Position numbers and translations under genes: made by a program. 64,000 nucleotides of DNA from Escherichia coli (GTDB lineage: Bacteria; Pseudomonadota; Gammaproteobacteria; Enterobacterales; Enterobacteriaceae): NCBI RefSeq assembly GCF_002854065.1, contig NZ_CP024147.1, one strand, 5' to 3'. Positions 1-11,761 of this stretch are shown here, in pieces (the stretch's first letter is position 1; each line of letters starts with the position of its first letter). The notes beneath the pieces were generated by a model. That model saw only the letters and a program-made list of their open reading frames with translations. It searched no databases and was not told the origin of the DNA.

Positions 1-659
<659 letters not shown>

Positions 660-660
660 G

Positions 661-1572
<912 letters not shown>

Positions 1573-1685
1573 TTAAATGTCGAGATAACGATCACAAAAC
1601 GACAATATGAAAATTGTTCGAGGAGTGAAAGGCAAAAAAACGGCCTCCCGATAGGGAAGCCGTAGCAAAGTGCGCGTGTTTTTAT

Positions 1686-1719
1686 GCCGGATGCAGCGTA
1701 AACGCCTTATCCGTCCTAC
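1686..1719. repeat. REP (repetitive extragenic palindrome) element in gatY-fbaB intergenic region
   Basis: gccggatgcagcgtaaacgccttatccgtcctac matches the E. coli REP family motif (GCCGGATGCGGCG...CCTTATCCGGCCTAC). Confidence 0.7.
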
Positions 1720-1746
1720 GGGGTGGTGTTGTTCGTATAAGGCGTA

Positions 1747-2799
1747 TCAGGCGATAGTAATTTTGCTATCGAGATAAACGTCCTGCACGGCGTTAATCAG
1801 TTTCACGCCGTCAGCCATCGATTTCTTGAACGCCTTACGTCCAAGAATCAGCCCCATTCCGCCAGCGCGTTTGTTGATAACCGCAGTACGCACTGCATCG
1901 CTGAGGTCAGTTTCACCGCCCGCAGCACCGCCGGAGTTTATCAACCCAGCCCGGCCCATATAGCAGTTAGCTAACTGATAACGCACCAGATCAATCGGGT
2001 TTTCGCTGGTCAATTTGCTGTAAACACGATCGTCGGTGTAACCGTAATTAATCGCTTTATAGCCGCCGTTATTTTCCGCCATTTTTTGTTTGACGATATC
2101 TGCACCTATGGTTGCCGCCAGATGGTTTGCCTGACCGGTCAGGTCGGCGGAAACATGGTAATCAACGCCATCTTTCTTAAAGGCGGAGTTACGCAAATAG
2201 GCCCACAGCACGGTCACCATGCCCAGCTCGTGCGCACGTTCAAAAGCCGCAGAAATTTCTTCAATCTGGCGACGTGACTCTTCCGAGCCAAAATAGATAG
2301 TCGCACCAACCGCCACCGCGCCCATGTTGAAAGCCTGCTCCACGCTGGCATACAGCGTTTGATCGTAGGTATTCGGGTAACTTAGCGTCTCGTTGTGATT
2401 AAGTTTGACGAGAAATGGAATGCGATGCGCATAGCGCCGCGATACCGACGCCAACACGCCGTAAGTTGATGCCACACAGTTACAGCCCGCTTCGATCGCC
2501 AGTTCAACAATGTTTTTCGGGTCAAAGTAGAGCGGGTTAGCAGCAAATGAAGCTCCGGCAGAGTGCTCAACGCCCTGGTCAACCGGCAGAATAGAAAGAT
2601 ATCCTGTGCCAGCCAGACGCCCGGTGTTGTACAACGTCTGCATATTACGTAACACCGCTGGCGGGCGATTATTGTCAATCATTACGCGGTCTACGTAGTC
2701 ATGTCCGGGGAGATAAAGCTGGTCAGAAGGAATTGTCATACAACGGTGCTGTAAAAGGTTGTCGGCGTCTTTGCCAAGCAACTGCGCAATATCTGTCAT
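1747..2799 (-). CDS. fbaB: Fructose-bisphosphate aldolase, class I
   Basis: Translation [19 protein letters not shown]... (350 aa after trimming the 374-aa ORF to the internal Met) recognised as FbaB. Confidence 0.9.
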
Positions 2800-3055
2800 T
2801 ACTATGCTCCCGTAAATTCCGATTGGATATCGGCTATGGATTGTCCTGGCCCGCCTTTTGCGGGCAATCATAATCCTGGTCGTTACGGGCGAGTTTTTCC
2901 ATCTTTTGGATGTTTTTTCAGCGTTTTCTGTTGGCTCGATTCATCAGAAAAAATGTTAGCGCGGTCAAGTTTTCACCGTAAAGGTATTTAAAAGGTATTA
3001 TTAAGTAGTATTGTCATCGCGTACCTTACATTACCTGTCATGAAGGAATTAAAAG

Positions 3056-4333
3056 ATGAAAACAACAGCAAAGCTGTCGTTCATGATGTTTGTTGAATGG
3101 TTTATCTGGGGCGCGTGGTTTGTGCCATTGTGGTTGTGGTTAAGTAAAAGCGGTTTTAGTGCCGGAGAAATTGGCTGGTCGTATGCCTGTACCGCCATTG
3201 CGGCGATCCTGTCGCCAATTCTGGTTGGCTCCATCACTGACCGCTTTTTCTCGGCGCAAAAAGTGCTGGCGGTATTGATGTTCGCAGGCGCGCTGCTGAT
3301 GTATTTCGCTGCGCAACAGACCACTTTTGCCGGGTTCTTTCCGTTACTGCTGGCTTACTCTCTAACCTATATGCCGACCATTGCGCTGACTAACAGCATC
3401 GCTTTTGCCAACGTGCCGGATGTGGAGCGTGATTTCCCGCGCATTCGTGTGATGGGCACTATCGGCTGGATTGCCTCCGGTCTGGCATGTGGTTTCTTGC
3501 CGCAAATACTGGGGTATGCCGATATCTCACCGACTAACATCCCGCTGCTGATTACCGCCGGAAGTTCTGCTCTGCTCGGTGTGTTTGCGTTTTTCCTGCC
3601 CGACACGCCACCAAAAAGCACCGGCAAAATGGATATTAAAGTCATGCTCGGCCTGGATGCGCTGATCCTACTGCGCGATAAAAACTTCCTCGTCTTTTTC
3701 TTCTGTTCATTCCTGTTTGCGATGCCACTGGCGTTCTATTACATCTTTGCCAACGGTTATCTGACCGAAGTCGGCATGAAAAATGCCACCGGCTGGATGA
3801 CGCTCGGCCAGTTCTCTGAAATATTCTTTATGCTGGCATTACCGTTTTTCACTAAACGCTTTGGTATCAAAAAGGTATTATTGCTTGGTCTGGTCACCGC
3901 TGCGATCCGCTATGGCTTCTTTATTTACGGTAGTGCGGATGAATATTTCACCTACGCGTTACTGTTCCTCGGTATTTTGCTTCACGGCGTAAGTTACGAT
4001 TTTTACTACGTTACCGCTTACATCTATGTCGATAAAAAAGCCCCCGTGCATATGCGTACCGCCGCGCAGGGGCTGATCACGCTCTGCTGCCAGGGCTTCG
4101 GCAGTTTGCTCGGCTATCGTCTTGGCGGTGTGATGATGGAAAAGATGTTCGCTTATCAGGAACCGGTAAACGGACTGACTTTCAACTGGTCCGGGATGTG
4201 GACTTTTGGCGCGGTGATGATTGCCATTATCGCCGTGCTGTTCATGATTTTTTTCCGCGAATCCGACAACGAAATTACGGCTATCAAGGTCGATGATCGC
4301 GATATTGCGTTGACACAAGGGGAAGTTAAATGA
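3056..4333 (+). CDS. yegT: Putative nucleoside transporter (MFS, NHS family)
   Basis: 425-aa polytopic membrane ORF, MKTTAKLSFMMFVEWFIWGAWFVPLWLW..., recognised as YegT; position after fbaB. Confidence 0.85.
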   Translation: MKTTAKLSFMMFVEWFIWGAWFVPLWLWLSKSGFSAGEIGWSYACTAIAAILSPILVGSITDRFFSAQKVLAVLMFAGALLMYFAAQQTTFAGFFPLLLAYSLTYMPTIALTNSIAFANVPDVERDFPRIRVMGTIGWIASGLACGFLPQILGYADISPTNIPLLITAGSSALLGVFAFFLPDTPPKSTGKMDIKVMLGLDALILLRDKNFLVFFFCSFLFAMPLAFYYIFANGYLTEVGMKNATGWMTLGQFSEIFFMLALPFFTKRFGIKKVLLLGLVTAAIRYGFFIYGSADEYFTYALLFLGILLHGVSYDFYYVTAYIYVDKKAPVHMRTAAQGLITLCCQGFGSLLGYRLGGVMMEKMFAYQEPVNGLTFNWSGMWTFGAVMIAIIAVLFMIFFRESDNEITAIKVDDRDIALTQGEVK

Positions 4334-5334
4334 AAACAGAACGTATTCTCGGTGCTCTTTATGGGCAGGCGTTAGGGGATGCGATGGGGATGCCCTCCGA
4401 GCTTTGGCCACGCAGCCGCGTTAAAGCACACTTTGGCTGGATTGACCGTTTTCTGCCTGGACCAAAGGAGAATAACGCGGCCTGTTATTTTAACCGCGCC
4501 GAATTCACCGACGATACCTCGATGGCGCTGTGTCTGGCGGATGCGTTGCTGGAACGTAAAGGCAAGATCGATCCGGATCTGATTGGGCGTAATATCCTCG
4601 ACTGGGCGCTGCGTTTCGACGCCTTCAACAAAAACGTGCTAGGTCCGACCTCGAAGATTGCGCTTAACGCCATTCGCGACGGTAAACCCGTTGCTGAACT
4701 GGAAAACAACGGCGTAACCAACGGCGCAGCGATGCGCGTCTCGCCATTAGGTTGTTTGCTTCCGGCGCGCGATGTTGATTCTTTTATTGATGATGTGGCG
4801 CTGGCGTCGAGCCCGACCCATAAATCCGATCTGGCAGTTGCAGGTGCGGTAGTCATCGCATGGGCGATTTCTCGTGCTATTGACGGAGAAAGCTGGTCAG
4901 CGATTGTTGATTCACTGCCTTCAATTGCGCGACATGCCCAGCAAAAACGCACCACCACGTTCAGCGCCTCACTGGCGGCGCGGCTGGAGATTGCGCTGAA
5001 AATTGTGCGCAATGCCGACGGCACCGAATCCGCCAGCGAACAGCTTTACCAGGTCGTTGGCGCAGGTACCAGCACTATTGAGTCCGTTCCGTGCGCCATT
5101 GCGCTGGTTGAACTGGCACAAACCGACCCGAACCGTTGCGCCGTCCTCTGCGCTAACCTTGGCGGCGATACAGACACCATCGGTGCTATGGCGACGGCAA
5201 TCTGCGGCGCGTTGCATGGCATTAACGCTATCGATCCTGCGTTAAAGGCGGAGCTGGATGCGGTAAATCAGCTTGATTTCAACCGCTATGCCACAGCGCT
5301 GGCGAAATATCGTCAACAACGGGAGGCGGTATGA
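4330..5334 (+). CDS. yegU: ADP-ribosylglycohydrolase family protein
   Basis: 334-aa ORF with ADP-ribosylglycohydrolase-like features (LGDAMGMP... and DTDTIGAMA motifs); overlaps yegT stop by 4 nt. Confidence 0.8.
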   Translation: MKTERILGALYGQALGDAMGMPSELWPRSRVKAHFGWIDRFLPGPKENNAACYFNRAEFTDDTSMALCLADALLERKGKIDPDLIGRNILDWALRFDAFNKNVLGPTSKIALNAIRDGKPVAELENNGVTNGAAMRVSPLGCLLPARDVDSFIDDVALASSPTHKSDLAVAGAVVIAWAISRAIDGESWSAIVDSLPSIARHAQQKRTTTFSASLAARLEIALKIVRNADGTESASEQLYQVVGAGTSTIESVPCAIALVELAQTDPNRCAVLCANLGGDTDTIGAMATAICGALHGINAIDPALKAELDAVNQLDFNRYATALAKYRQQREAV

Positions 5335-6296
5335 GCGGCGCTCGATTACACACGCTGCTGCCTGAATTAACCACGCGTCAGTCGGTGATGGTCGTCGGCG
5401 CGGCGGTCATTGACGTGATCGCCGACGCTTATGCCCTCCCCTGGCGTGGGTGCGATATCGAACTGAAACAGCAGAGCGTTAACGTTGGCGGCTGCGCACT
5501 GAATATTGCCGTGGCGTTAAAGCGCCTCGGCATCGAAGCGGGTAATGCCTTGCCGCTCGGTCAGGGGGTATGGGCGGAGATTATTCGCAACCGGATGGCG
5601 AAAGAGGGGTTAATCAGCCTGATCGATAACGCCGAAGGCGATAACGGCTGGTGTCTGGCGCTGGTTGAGCCGGATGGCGAACGTACTTTTATGTCATTCA
5701 GCGGTGTGGAAAATCAGTGGAATCGCCAGTGGCTGGCGCGATTAACCGTTGCGCCTGGCAGCCTGCTCTATTTTTCCGGTTATCAACTGGCCTCGCCCTG
5801 CGGCGAATTGTTAGTGGAATGGCTGGAAGAGCTGCAAGACGTGACGCCGTTTATCGATTTTGGCCCACGTATTGGCGATATCCCGGATGCATTACTGGCG
5901 CGGATCATGGCCTGTCGCCCTTTAGTGTCGCTCAATCGTCAAGAGGCTGAGATTGCCGCCGAACGTTTTGCTTTATCCGCAGAGATAACAACACTTGGCA
6001 AGCAATGGCAGGAGAAATTTGCCGCGCCGTTGATCGTTCGTCTCGATAAAGAGGGTGCATGGTATTTCAGCAACGATGCTTCTGGCTGCATTCCGGCATT
6101 TCCAACGCAAGTTGTCGACACCATTGGGGCGGGCGACAGTCATGCAGGTGGCGTACTTGCCGGGCTGGCCTCTGGTCTGCCACTGGCGGATGCCGTATTA
6201 CTGGGCAATGCAGTGGCGTCGTGGGTTGTCGGGCATCGGGGCGGTGATTGTGCGCCAACGCGCGAGGAACTACTCCTCGCACACAAAAACGTATAG
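5331..6296 (+). CDS. yegV: PfkB-family carbohydrate/nucleoside kinase
   Basis: 321-aa ORF with ribokinase-family C-terminal motif DTIGAGDSHAGG; overlaps yegU stop by 4 nt. Confidence 0.8.
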   Translation: MSGARLHTLLPELTTRQSVMVVGAAVIDVIADAYALPWRGCDIELKQQSVNVGGCALNIAVALKRLGIEAGNALPLGQGVWAEIIRNRMAKEGLISLIDNAEGDNGWCLALVEPDGERTFMSFSGVENQWNRQWLARLTVAPGSLLYFSGYQLASPCGELLVEWLEELQDVTPFIDFGPRIGDIPDALLARIMACRPLVSLNRQEAEIAAERFALSAEITTLGKQWQEKFAAPLIVRLDKEGAWYFSNDASGCIPAFPTQVVDTIGAGDSHAGGVLAGLASGLPLADAVLLGNAVASWVVGHRGGDCAPTREELLLAHKNV

Positions 6297-7016
6297 ATCG
6301 CTGCGACAGTGGCTAATGCTGTACTCAATAGGCCGTTGCTGTTGGTCAAGCGCCACTTGCTTGATCACCAGCACCGGTATTTTGCTATCTAACTGAATAT
6401 GTGACTGAAACTCGGCATCCGGCATCCGGGCGCTAACGCGGGAACGCGTACGTTGTGGGTAAATGTGCTGGCTGCGGAAATAGTCATAAAGTGAAATCCC
6501 GATGGCATCAACATCATGAATTAAATGCGCCGGAACCCACGATTCCTCAATCGATACCGCTTCTTCATCGACATAGCGAATACGCTTAAGCAAAAAGACA
6601 TCACTTCCTGCTTCGACCGCCAGCTGCTGCGCGACTTCTTCGGGACATTTCACGACACGCTTGTTAACCCATAGCGTATCGGGCTTTTTCCCGCGCAATA
6701 CCACCTGCTGAGAAAAACCTCGCGCTTCTTTCAACGAGTATTCGAAGATGTTGTTGATCTGCGTGCCGTAACCGCGCGAACGCGTCACCACGCCCTCTTC
6801 TTCCAGCGCCTGCATCGCCTTGCGCACCGTAATGCGCGAAACGCCGGTTAACTGACTTAAATCACGCTCACCGGGCAAAATATTGCCATGCTCCAGCACC
6901 CCGCTGCGCACGGCATTTTTTACCGTTTCGGCAAACTTAATATAAAGCGGCGTGTTATCCGCCGCTAAAATACGTTCGTTCAGTTGGGCAATCAGCTGGG
7001 TATGCGCTTCTTCCAT
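6270..7016 (-). CDS. yegW: GntR/HutC-family transcriptional regulator
   Basis: 248-aa ORF with N-terminal GntR helix-turn-helix (LPGERDLSQLTGVSRITVRKAMQALEEEGVV) and UTRA-like C-terminal domain. Confidence 0.85.
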   Translation of the reverse strand: MEEAHTQLIAQLNERILAADNTPLYIKFAETVKNAVRSGVLEHGNILPGERDLSQLTGVSRITVRKAMQALEEEGVVTRSRGYGTQINNIFEYSLKEARGFSQQVVLRGKKPDTLWVNKRVVKCPEEVAQQLAVEAGSDVFLLKRIRYVDEEAVSIEESWVPAHLIHDVDAIGISLYDYFRSQHIYPQRTRSRVSARMPDAEFQSHIQLDSKIPVLVIKQVALDQQQRPIEYSISHCRSDLYVFVCEE

Positions 7017-7067
7017 TTGTCTTTTTCCTGCCAGGAAGTCTGGTGGGAGTATATCACTGCTTCTTAT

Positions 7068-7895
7068 TTAAGGCGTTTCTTTAATCCCATCAACGAATCC
7101 CTGCAACTCCTCCACCGTGCCATTAAACACATTAAAATCCACCGGACCATTGATGCCATCTACCTGTCCACGGTCGGAATGCTGCCAGAAGCGCCAGGCC
7201 ATTCCGTCATTGTCCGGACGACGTTGATAATAGTGAGCCACCCACCACGGATATTCATTAAAATAGCCCGCCAGATTCGTGTGATAAAAAACGGCTCCTG
7301 AGTAAATAATCGGCTTTTTTCCCGTGCGTTTTTCTACCATTTTTAGCCACTGACTTACCCGCTTGCGTAATTCTTTTGCCGATAATTTTCCCCGTTCTTC
7401 TACGTCCAGCACGGCAGGGAAATCGCCTTGTGAGAAATCTACCGTTTGCAGAAATAATCGCGCCTGAACCGGTGCTGCTACCGACGGGGAAAAATAATGA
7501 TACGCCCCGCGCAGCAGGCCATTTTCGCGGCTTAGTTGCCAGTTACGCGAAAAATACGGGTCCACCAGCTTTTCGCCTTCCGTCGCCTTAATAAAAGCAA
7601 ACTGTAAGCGGATACCGTTGTCGCGCATTTTTGCCACCCGCTGCCAGTCGATCCGCTCCTGCCAGCGAGAAACATCTATTCCGTGAATGGTGTAACTGGC
7701 AGGAATGCGAATAGCGAAAGATTTAACCGGGCGATAACCGTAGAAATGGATGTAGTCTGTAATCTGAACTGCTGTCGAATAGAAAAAATTCACCGTCTGA
7801 CGCGGATAAATTGCAACGATGGAAATTAGCCCAAGAGCGCATAATAGAGAGGTGAGTTTTTTTCGACTGGTAATTCTTAGCTGCATTGGTTTCAT
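7068..7895 (-). CDS. yegX: Glycoside hydrolase family 25 (lysozyme-like) protein with signal peptide
   Basis: 275-aa ORF; N-terminal hydrophobic segment and GH25-like region (IHGIDVSRWQ...); position matches yegX. Confidence 0.75.
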   Translation of the reverse strand: MKPMQLRITSRKKLTSLLCALGLISIVAIYPRQTVNFFYSTAVQITDYIHFYGYRPVKSFAIRIPASYTIHGIDVSRWQERIDWQRVAKMRDNGIRLQFAFIKATEGEKLVDPYFSRNWQLSRENGLLRGAYHYFSPSVAAPVQARLFLQTVDFSQGDFPAVLDVEERGKLSAKELRKRVSQWLKMVEKRTGKKPIIYSGAVFYHTNLAGYFNEYPWWVAHYYQRRPDNDGMAWRFWQHSDRGQVDGINGPVDFNVFNGTVEELQGFVDGIKETP

Positions 7896-7950
7896 CCCTG
7901 AATGTCAGTGCCAAAGGCTGACAATAACCAAAGCAGCTATAGTACGGTGC

Positions 7951-8751
7951 TCACCACCAGGCGTGGAAGTGGTGAACCGGACCAATACCGTGACCAACTT
8001 CCAGCGTGTCGGCCTGGGCTAATGCTGATGAAAGCCAGCTTTTTGCCTCCTGTACGGTGTCAGCCCAGTTTGTATGGCGCGGGCGTAGTGCAGCCAACGC
8101 CGCAGAGAGCGTACAACCAGTGCCGTGGGTGTTTTTGGTCATAATGCGCGGTGCGGTAAACCGTTGTTCACCCTCGCGGGTAAACAGCCAGTCCGGGCTT
8201 TGCTCATCATCCAGATGACCACCTTTCATTAGCACTGCGCCACAGCCCATCGCCAACAGCGATCGCCCTTGTTCCAGCATTTCCTGTTCGGTGCGCGCGT
8301 GTGGCGCGTCGAGCAAGGCGGCAGCTTCGGGCAAGTTTGGCGTTATTAATGAAACCTGTGGCAATAATCGACTGCGCAGCGTAGCAACCGCCGAAGGTGA
8401 AAGCAGCGGGTCGCCGCTTTTTGCCAGCATAACGGTGTCGAGTACCACGTTTTGGATCTGATAACGTTGCAACCGTTCTGCCACCGCTTCAACAATATCG
8501 GTTTCCGCCAACATACCGATTTTAGTGGTGTCGATTCGCACATCGCTGAACACCGAATCGAGCTGGGCGGCGACAAAATCAGGCTCAATGCGATACACTG
8601 ACTGTACGCCACGGGTATTTTGCGCCACCAGTGCAGTAATAACTGAGCAACCATAAGCGCCAAGTGCCGAGAAGGTTTTAAGATCGGCCTGAATCCCCGC
8701 ACCACCACTCGGATCAGTACCGGCAATCGTCAGAGCGTTAATTCGTTTCAT
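7951..8751 (-). CDS. thiD: Hydroxymethylpyrimidine / phosphomethylpyrimidine kinase
   Basis: 266-aa [37 protein letters not shown]... recognised as ThiD. Confidence 0.9.
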
Positions 8752-9536
8752 GCCTGCACCTCCTGCGTCAATTGCCAGAGCGCATCAAGGAAATGTGGAA
8801 CAAAACTGCCTGGCCCCTCGCTTCTGGCGACTGCGCGTTCTCCGGCTTGTTTCATCCAGTGACAGGCAGATGCGACATTTTCCAGCGTATCGCCTGGTAA
8901 CGCACAGCAGGCAGCGACAACCGCCGATAATGCACAGCCAGTTCCTACCACTTTGGTCATTAACGGATCGCCACCGTGAATACCAATGATACGATGTCCA
9001 TCGGTAACATAATCCATCTCGCCAGTGACCACGACGATTGCGCCAGTTTCCCGTGCCAGTGTTTGTGCAGCGGGTATCGCGTTAGCTGCGGCGTCAGTGG
9101 TATCCACTCCCCGTCCACCATTAGCAATGCCAGCTAATGCCATGATTTCCGAAGCATTACCACGTATCGCTGCCGGTTTAAAAGATAAAAGTTCATGACA
9201 AAAATGGCGGCGATAATCGAGCGCACCAACCGCTACTGGATCAAGCGTCCAGGGTGTTTGAGAGCTTTTTGCTTGCTCAACGGCAGCACGCATCGCCTGA
9301 GCGCGTGGCTGCGTCAGTGTGCCAACGTTAATCAACAAGGCACTGGCGATAGCCGCAAACTGACTGGCCTCTTCGGTTTCGATAACCATCGCTGGCGATG
9401 CACCGAGCGCCAGCAAGGTATTGGCGGTAAAGGTTTGCACCACATCATTGGTCATGCAGTGCACAAGAGGGGAATGTTGGTGAAAAAGGTGTAACGCGTG
9501 CGCAGATTGCGCTGAACCCAGCAGGTCGACTTGCAT
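8748..9536 (-). CDS. thiM: Hydroxyethylthiazole kinase
   Basis: 262-aa [37 protein letters not shown]... recognised as ThiM; 4-nt overlap with thiD. Confidence 0.9.
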
Positions 9537-9544
9537 AGTTTGCT

Positions 9545-9665
9545 CCTGCCATAACGTGAAGAAGCAATGACCTGGTGGTCCGTGACTTCCCTACGCTGGC
9601 ATTATCCAGATCAGGTGATACGGGTATTTCTCAGCCTTCACGCAGAAGGGCACCCCGAGTCGTTT
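9545..9665 (-). promoter_or_regulatory. TPP riboswitch (THI element) in the thiM leader
   Basis: Minus-strand sequence ...ggggtgcccttctgcgtgaaggctgagaaatacccgtatcacctgatctggataatgccagcgtagggaag... immediately upstream of the thiM ATG matches the thiM TPP aptamer as recalled. Confidence 0.85.
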
Positions 9666-9758
9666 GGTTGCGATGATAAATCGCAGAGGAGGATGGTAAT
9701 GTCCAGCGCACGCGTTGTAAACGAGGAAAAACGGCAGTTTTACAATCGCGTTAATAAA

Positions 9759-10031
9759 TTATTTGATATATGAATCCAGCACCTTCAGAACGACATCCAG
9801 ATCTTCTTCACGTTTTAGCTCATCCCCCTGGTGAACGATGTGTTCCGTCAGATGACCTTTAATCACTTCCCGCATCAGACCGTTTACCGCGCCACGGATA
9901 GCAGCAATCTGTTGTAAAACTGCAGCGCATTCGTGCGGCTCGTCGAGCATTTTCTTGAGCGCCACGACCTGGCCCTGAATCTTACTGGCACGCGCTTTCA
10001 GTTTCTGTTTATCACGGATTGTATGAGACAT
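9759..10031 (-). CDS. rcnR: Ni/Co-responsive transcriptional repressor (CsoR/RcnR family)
   Basis: 90-aa [52 protein letters not shown]... recognised as RcnR. Confidence 0.9.
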
Positions 10032-10077
10032 GGCAACACCTGGTTAACAAGAATATGAAAAATCATAGCACTATTAA

Positions 10078-10112
10078 TCTACTGGGGGGTAGTATCAGGT
10101 ACTGGGGGGGAG
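10078..10112. promoter_or_regulatory. Two RcnR operator sites (TACT-G6/7-N-AGTA) in rcnR-rcnA divergent promoter
   Basis: tactggggggtagta at 10078-10092 and tactgggggggagta at 10098-10112; G-tract inverted repeats of the type described for RcnR binding. Confidence 0.75.
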
Positions 10113-10151
10113 TAGAATCAGATTGCCGAATTAATACTAAGAATTATTATC

Positions 10152-10976
10152 ATGACCGAATTTACAACTCTTCTTCAGCAAGGAAACGCCTGGTTCTTCA
10201 TCCCCAGCGCCATCTTACTTGGTGCGCTTCATGGCCTGGAACCAGGGCACTCAAAAACGATGATGGCGGCGTTTATCATCGCCATCAAAGGCACCATTAA
10301 ACAAGCGGTGATGCTCGGACTGGCAGCAACTATTTCGCATACCGCAGTGGTCTGGTTAATTGCCTTTGGCGGGATGGTGATCAGCAAGCGCTTTACTGCT
10401 CAATCAGCAGAACCGTGGCTCCAGCTGATTTCCGCAGTGATCATTATTAGCACCGCGTTCTGGATGTTCTGGCGTACCTGGCGCGGCGAACGCAACTGGC
10501 TGGAGAATATGCACGGGCATGATTATGAGCATCATCATCACGATCACGAACATCACCACGACCATGGACATCATCACCATCACGAACATGGCGAGTATCA
10601 GGATGCCCATGCACGAGCCCATGCCAATGACATTAAACGACGCTTTGATGGTAGAGAGGTCACCAACTGGCAAATTTTGTTATTTGGCTTAACCGGTGGC
10701 CTTATCCCCTGCCCGGCAGCAATTACCGTGCTGTTGATATGCATTCAGTTGAAAGCCCTGACACTGGGCGCAACACTGGTCGTCAGTTTCAGCATTGGCC
10801 TGGCGTTAACGCCTGTCACCGTAGGCGTTGGCGCAGCAATCAGCGTTCAGCAGGTCGCAAAACGCTGGAGCGGATTTAACACTCTCGCTAAACGCGCCCC
10901 CTATTTTTCCAGTCTGTTGATTGGCTTAGTCGGTGTGTATATGGGCGTACATGGCTTCATGGGCATAATGCGATAA
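10152..10976 (+). CDS. rcnA: Nickel/cobalt efflux membrane protein with His-rich loop
   Basis: 274-aa ORF with HGHDYEHHHHDHEHHHDHGHHHHHEHGEY histidine-rich segment and NiCoT-like transmembrane regions. Confidence 0.9.
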   Translation: MTEFTTLLQQGNAWFFIPSAILLGALHGLEPGHSKTMMAAFIIAIKGTIKQAVMLGLAATISHTAVVWLIAFGGMVISKRFTAQSAEPWLQLISAVIIISTAFWMFWRTWRGERNWLENMHGHDYEHHHHDHEHHHDHGHHHHHEHGEYQDAHARAHANDIKRRFDGREVTNWQILLFGLTGGLIPCPAAITVLLICIQLKALTLGATLVVSFSIGLALTPVTVGVGAAISVQQVAKRWSGFNTLAKRAPYFSSLLIGLVGVYMGVHGFMGIMR

Positions 10977-11194
10977 CTCAATCCTTTAGGCTTGCATGTT
11001 ATCTTCAGCCCAGGATGATTCTTAAATCAGCTATTTCCGCTGACTCTCTGCTCGCTAAGGATGCTTTTAGGGCATCCTTTCATTTACACTTTTTACGAAA
11101 TCATGGGATCACTAACAAAATATCGCTTGTCAGTTATATTGTATGGCAGGAAAGATATGCGACTGATATTACAGATCCCCAAAGTGGAGAGTTT

Positions 11195-11533
11195 ATGACC
11201 ATTAAAAATAAGATGTTGCTGGGTGCGCTTTTGCTGGTTACCAGTGCCGCCTGGGCCGCACCAGCCACCGCGGGTTCGACCAATACCTCGGGAATTTCTA
11301 AGTATGAGTTAAGCAGTTTCATTGCTGACTTTAAGCATTTCAAACCAGGCGATACCGTCCCAGAGATGTACCGCACCGATGAGTACAACATTAAGCAGTG
11401 GCAGTTACGTAACCTGCCCGCGCCTGATGCCGGGACGCACTGGACCTATATGGGTGGCGCGTACGTGTTGATCAGCGACACCGACGGTAAAATCATTAAA
11501 GCCTACGACGGTGAGATTTTTTATCATCGCTAA
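11195..11533 (+). CDS. rcnB: Periplasmic Ni/Co homeostasis protein
   Basis: Translation MTIKNKMLLGALLLVTSAAWAAPA... with signal peptide; 112 aa after trimming the 172-aa ORF. Confidence 0.85.
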   Translation: MTIKNKMLLGALLLVTSAAWAAPATAGSTNTSGISKYELSSFIADFKHFKPGDTVPEMYRTDEYNIKQWQLRNLPAPDAGTHWTYMGGAYVLISDTDGKIIKAYDGEIFYHR

Positions 11534-11558
11534 AAAAAGCCCCCTCATCATGAGGGGG
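11532..11558 (-). terminator. Stem-loop with U-run on the minus strand (candidate rho-independent terminator)
   Basis: gccccctcatcatgagggggc hairpin; on the minus strand it is followed by a T7 run. Confidence 0.5.
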
Positions 11559-11614
11559 AAATGCAGACACCTTGTTATTTTTTATTATTAGCCACTTGCT
11601 CGTCTTGCTTGTTA

Positions 11615-11761
11615 TTAGTCGTATTTCACGTTGATTAATGCGGTTGCCTCCAGTGCGCCAGATTTAATTTTATTTGTATCGTAGACGTAGTAACTGGCTG
11701 TTATCGGAATTGAAACCGTTGTATCTGTAAGTTTTGACTTTGCCGCAATTTCTTTTAAATT
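11615..11761 (-). pseudogene. yehA: 3' remnant of a fimbrial-subunit-like gene (yehA position) truncated by IS1
   Basis: Minus-strand frame reads ...NLKEIAAKSKLTDTTVSIPITASYYVYDTNKIKSGALEATALINVKYD* and runs open into the IS1 end at 11764; gene identity inferred from position next to rcnB. Confidence 0.5.

Noticed and set aside
10404-10673. 89-aa minus-strand ORF rich in Met/Val opposite the rcnA His-rich tract
   Set aside because: It is the reverse-complement reading of the CAY/GAY repeat (giving ATG/GTG codons), a compositional artefact.
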